The notes below the pieces were generated by a model. That model made no database searches, was not told where the DNA came from, and worked only from the letters and a program-made list of their open reading frames with translations. Shown piece after piece: positions 61,147-64,000 of a stretch of 64,000 nt of DNA. The stretch spans positions 3,604 to 67,603 of the forward strand of contig DASXMO010000145.1 of assembly GCA_036495605.1 (NCBI GenBank), written 5' to 3'. Source of the stretch: Solirubrobacteraceae bacterium. GTDB taxonomy: Bacteria > Actinomycetota > Thermoleophilia > Solirubrobacterales > Solirubrobacteraceae. Numbering within the stretch: position 1 is the first letter of the stretch; the number at the start of each line of letters is the position of its first letter. A program made the position numbers and the translations under genes.

Positions 61147-63999
61147 CTAACCCTTTTTCTTCTTGCCCCGCGGATGCTTCGGCGGGCGCGGCACACGGAT
61201 CTTCAGCGGTGCGAGTCTCACCGCCGCCTTTGGCCCCGGCAGCATGTTCTTGCCACCTTCGGCGAGGATCGTCGCGGTGAAGCTCTCGAACGGAAGCACG
61301 TTCACCAGCTGCGCGCTGCGCGTGGATGGCTTGCGGAAGAACGTCTGCAAGCGCCCGTCGCTGCCGTGAACCACGATCTTGTACTCGCGGGCGCCGGCGA
61401 CTGCGCCCCATGTGATCGTCGCGGCGGTGCCGTGGCGCGCGATTCGCGCGTGACGAGGCTTGGCGGGTCTGAACGCTCCGGGCGCGGTGTACCGCCCGAC
61501 TGTCAGTTCGCGTACGGTCGCGCCTTCGCCGTTGAGCAGGTAGGCGTATATCTTGCGCGAGCGACCCAGCGCTTCCTGCGGGACGAAGGAGAGCGTGCCC
61601 TTCGCGCGCGCCACTGTCCCGAGCACGTGGGTGCTGTCGCTGCCACGTTCCACGAATTGCACCTTCGTGCCGGCGACGTAGTGGCCGATGCTGTATGCCA
61701 GCGCCCACCGCGAGGCGTGCCCGTGGCGACGGACTTTCACCTTTACCGTGGCGGGCGCTACGTCTTCAGCGAATTCGACGCCGGCGACAGGCGGCGATCC
61801 CGCGGCCGGCTGTACGTGCCATGTTCCGCCCTTGGGGTGGCGCAGCAGCACGAGCACCTGGTGGGGATCGGGCGCTACCGCGCTCATGAACTGTCCCGGC
61901 ACGGTCACGAGGCGCCCGCCCGTTGCGGGCGTCGTGTAGGTCTGCCCGCCCGGACCGCTGATCGTCACGACGGGGGTGCCCGAGGCGGAGGTGATTCGCA
62001 GCTCCTGTCCAAGGGGTCCGCTGGGCAGCGCGAACGTCCCGCCGCCGCCGGCCGTGATGGCCGGAGCCTGCGCTCCAGAGGCGCCGCTCAACCCGCCTAG
62101 CTCGTCGGTCAGCGAGCCGCGGGGCGCCGTCAGGAAGATCGCCGATTCTTCTTTGACGAAGCCCCCCTTGTGTTCTTTTTCGGGTTTCTGCGTGTACTGT
62201 TTGAGCTGATCCGAGCAGTTGTCGTTGCCGAACAGACCGCCGCTGATGTTGCCATCGGAAAAGCGGTAACGCCCCTGGACACCCCCGCCGAAGATCCCTT
62301 CTGCGCCCACGTGCACGCAGCCGGCGGCCCATTTGTTGTTGATCAGCCCTGCCACTTCGGCGCTGATGATCCACAGTTTGAAGTAGACGTTGCCACGGGC
62401 CTGCCATAACCCGCTGGACGGTTCGTCCCAGAAGCCGGCGCCGCCGGCGACTTCGATTATCGGTTCCTTGGAGTCGAACGGGAAGTGCAGGTTGAAGGTG
62501 ACCTGCGCATCGACATAGCCGTCCGAATAGACGTCCGCGGCCAGCGTGGCGATTTCATCGCCTTTGTATGACAGCTTGCCCTGTCCGCCGAAGAAGCCGA
62601 GTTCGGTGGTCGTTGCTTCGCGAAACTTGAACGCCAGTTCGAGCTGCAGCAGTTCGGCGATCTTGGCGCCGAGGATCCCGCCGAAGGCCAGCGGGTGGAC
62701 GCCCACGGAGGCGCCGATCTCGTTGAGCGATATGCCTGGATAGATTGGTACCCCGGGTTCGGCTTTGAATTTCATCGCCGCCGACTGGAATTCACCTTTT
62801 TTGAATGCCAGTTCGGCTTGGAGTTCGGCGATTTCTTCGCCGAAGGTCATCGTCGCCTTTGCCTGCCAGCTGTCCCGCTTTGATTCTTCGTAGTATTCGG
62901 GGAAGTAGTAGGCAAACGAGGCCTTTTTCACCTTGAAGATCGGCGCAAGGCTTGCTTCGGGGATTTCAAATTGCAGCGACTGCAGTTCGATGCCGGTTTC
63001 CAAATTCGCCTCGATCTCGAGCGCTCCGGTCGCTTCGAATTTGACCGCGCTCAACGTCAATCCCACCTGCACGTCGAACAGCGCCTGTCCTTTGTTCGTG
63101 AGGTAGACGTCGATCTGTCCCTCGAGCGGGAATTTGCCGGGCAGTTCACCGCAGGCGCTGAGCGCGTTTTTCGGAGGGCAGCAGCCGGCTTTCCCTTTTT
63201 CTTTGCCTTCGCACTGTTTCCCCACCCCGATCGCCATCAGCAGCGACTTCGTCGGCCTGGCGGCGGCACGCGCGCCGGGCGCACGCAGGCCGTGGTAGAG
63301 CGGTACATGCAAATTCGCGAGCCCGCTCTGCGTTTCGAGGTTCATCGGTTCGGCTTCCAGGTCGCGCGAGCCGAGCACCATGTCGCCGATTGGGGTGTTC
63401 AGCAGCTCGATGTCCACCTGCGCGCCGTACAGCTGCGTGGCGGTGCCGGCGATTGCGTAGTCTTTGATCGTCCGGATCTTGAGGTTGCCGCTCGTCGGCA
63501 CGACCGTCATCCCGTTGATCTGGACCGGCCCCTCGATCACATAGCCGCTGCCGAGTTTCTGGATGCATTCCGCGAGCAGCTCCGCGTCGCCGATTTCGAG
63601 CGTGGGCTGGCATTCGCCTTCCCCGCCGTCGGGCAGGTGCACCTTGGGTCCGTTTGGGGGCAGTGTCACGCCGAGTTTCGTGGTCGAGCGTTCGCCTTTG
63701 GAGTTCGTCACCGTCAGCGCGATCGTGTGTGCGCCCGGACGCAGCATCACGTGCGCGATCGGATTCGTTCCCGTGCTCGTGTCGATCTTGCCGTCGTCGT
63801 TGAAGTCCCACGCGTAGGAGATGATCCGTCCGTTCCCGGGCTGGGAGGCGCCGCCGTTCAACGTCAGCAGCTCGCCGGGCGTGGGGCTGGGCGTCTGCAG
63901 CGCGAGGTCGGCCGTTGGAGGCGCCGGTGGCGGGGGTGGAGGCGGTGGCGGTGGCGGATGGCTTCCCACACCTTCGGTTGGCTGGTCGAAGCTCAGGTT
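61147..63999 (-). CDS. Large PKD-domain surface/secreted protein (5'-partial)
   Basis: Frame is open to the window edge; poly-Pro linker; YAWDFNDDG...IALTVTN PKD domain; long beta-rich core; FnIII-like C-terminus. Confidence 0.7.
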   Translation of the reverse strand, partial: NLSFDQPTEGVGSHPPPPPPPPPPPAPPTADLALQTPSPTPGELLTLNGGASQPGNGRIISYAWDFNDDGKIDTSTGTNPIAHVMLRPGAHTIALTVTNSKGERSTTKLGVTLPPNGPKVHLPDGGEGECQPTLEIGDAELLAECIQKLGSGYVIEGPVQINGMTVVPTSGNLKIRTIKDYAIAGTATQLYGAQVDIELLNTPIGDMVLGSRDLEAEPMNLETQSGLANLHVPLYHGLRAPGARAAARPTKSLLMAIGVGKQCEGKEKGKAGCCPPKNALSACGELPGKFPLEGQIDVYLTNKGQALFDVQVGLTLSAVKFEATGALEIEANLETGIELQSLQFEIPEASLAPIFKVKKASFAYYFPEYYEESKRDSWQAKATMTFGEEIAELQAELAFKKGEFQSAAMKFKAEPGVPIYPGISLNEIGASVGVHPLAFGGILGAKIAELLQLELAFKFREATTTELGFFGGQGKLSYKGDEIATLAADVYSDGYVDAQVTFNLHFPFDSKEPIIEVAGGAGFWDEPSSGLWQARGNVYFKLWIISAEVAGLINNKWAAGCVHVGAEGIFGGGVQGRYRFSDGNISGGLFGNDNCSDQLKQYTQKPEKEHKGGFVKEESAIFLTAPRGSLTDELGGLSGASGAQAPAITAGGGGTFALPSGPLGQELRITSASGTPVVTISGPGGQTYTTPATGGRLVTVPGQFMSAVAPDPHQVLVLLRHPKGGTWHVQPAAGSPPVAGVEFAEDVAPATVKVKVRRHGHASRWALAYSIGHYVAGTKVQFVERGSDSTHVLGTVARAKGTLSFVPQEALGRSRKIYAYLLNGEGATVRELTVGRYTAPGAFRPAKPRHARIARHGTAATITWGAVAGAREYKIVVHGSDGRLQTFFRKPSTRSAQLVNVLPFESFTATILAEGGKNMLPGPKAAVRLAPLKIRVPRPPKHPRGKKKKG

Positions 64000-64000
64000 G

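Noticed and set aside
61140-64000. Integrative element at tRNA-Ile
   Set aside because: No integrase and no duplicated tRNA 3' end within the window.

Overview
High-GC actinobacterial chromosome segment spanning the replication origin. Gene content and order resemble Thermoleophilia/Solirubrobacterales; this placement is inferred, not searched. 1-12.9 kb: accessory genes (partial TetR, Fe3+ ABC transporter with a DtxR/IdeR-like box, hydrolases, HAD, TrmH methylase, CADD-type diiron enzyme, glutaredoxin-like protein, haloalkane dehalogenase, SDR). 13.1-31.1 kb: a Wzx/Wzy surface-polysaccharide locus with an ATP-grasp enzyme, ComA, LytR_C protein, CapD/PglF, DUF354, DedA and UppP. 31.1-41.8 kb: Ser/Thr signalling cluster (three kinases, ddl, pbpA, PP2C, two FHA proteins) that lacks rodA. 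42-45.7 kb: two hypothetical genes, pheA, an HNH nuclease and a structured ~310-nt non-coding region. 45.7-60.3 kb: gyrA-gyrB-dciA-recF-dnaN-oriC-dnaA-rpmH-rnpA-yidD-yidC-jag-parS-rsmG-parA-parB. 60.4-64 kb: tRNA-Ile followed directly by an MNT-HEPN pair, then a partial large PKD-domain protein. Most unusual observations: a three-copy family of co-varying 130-170 bp hairpin elements; in-frame stop codons in both gyrB and gyrA only 170 bp apart; a 6S-like hairpin next to a near-perfect mimic of the 16S 3' tail; and a 24-codon ORF with a hairpin-sequestered RBS inside the glycan operon. No rRNA, CRISPR array, integrase or transposase was seen.
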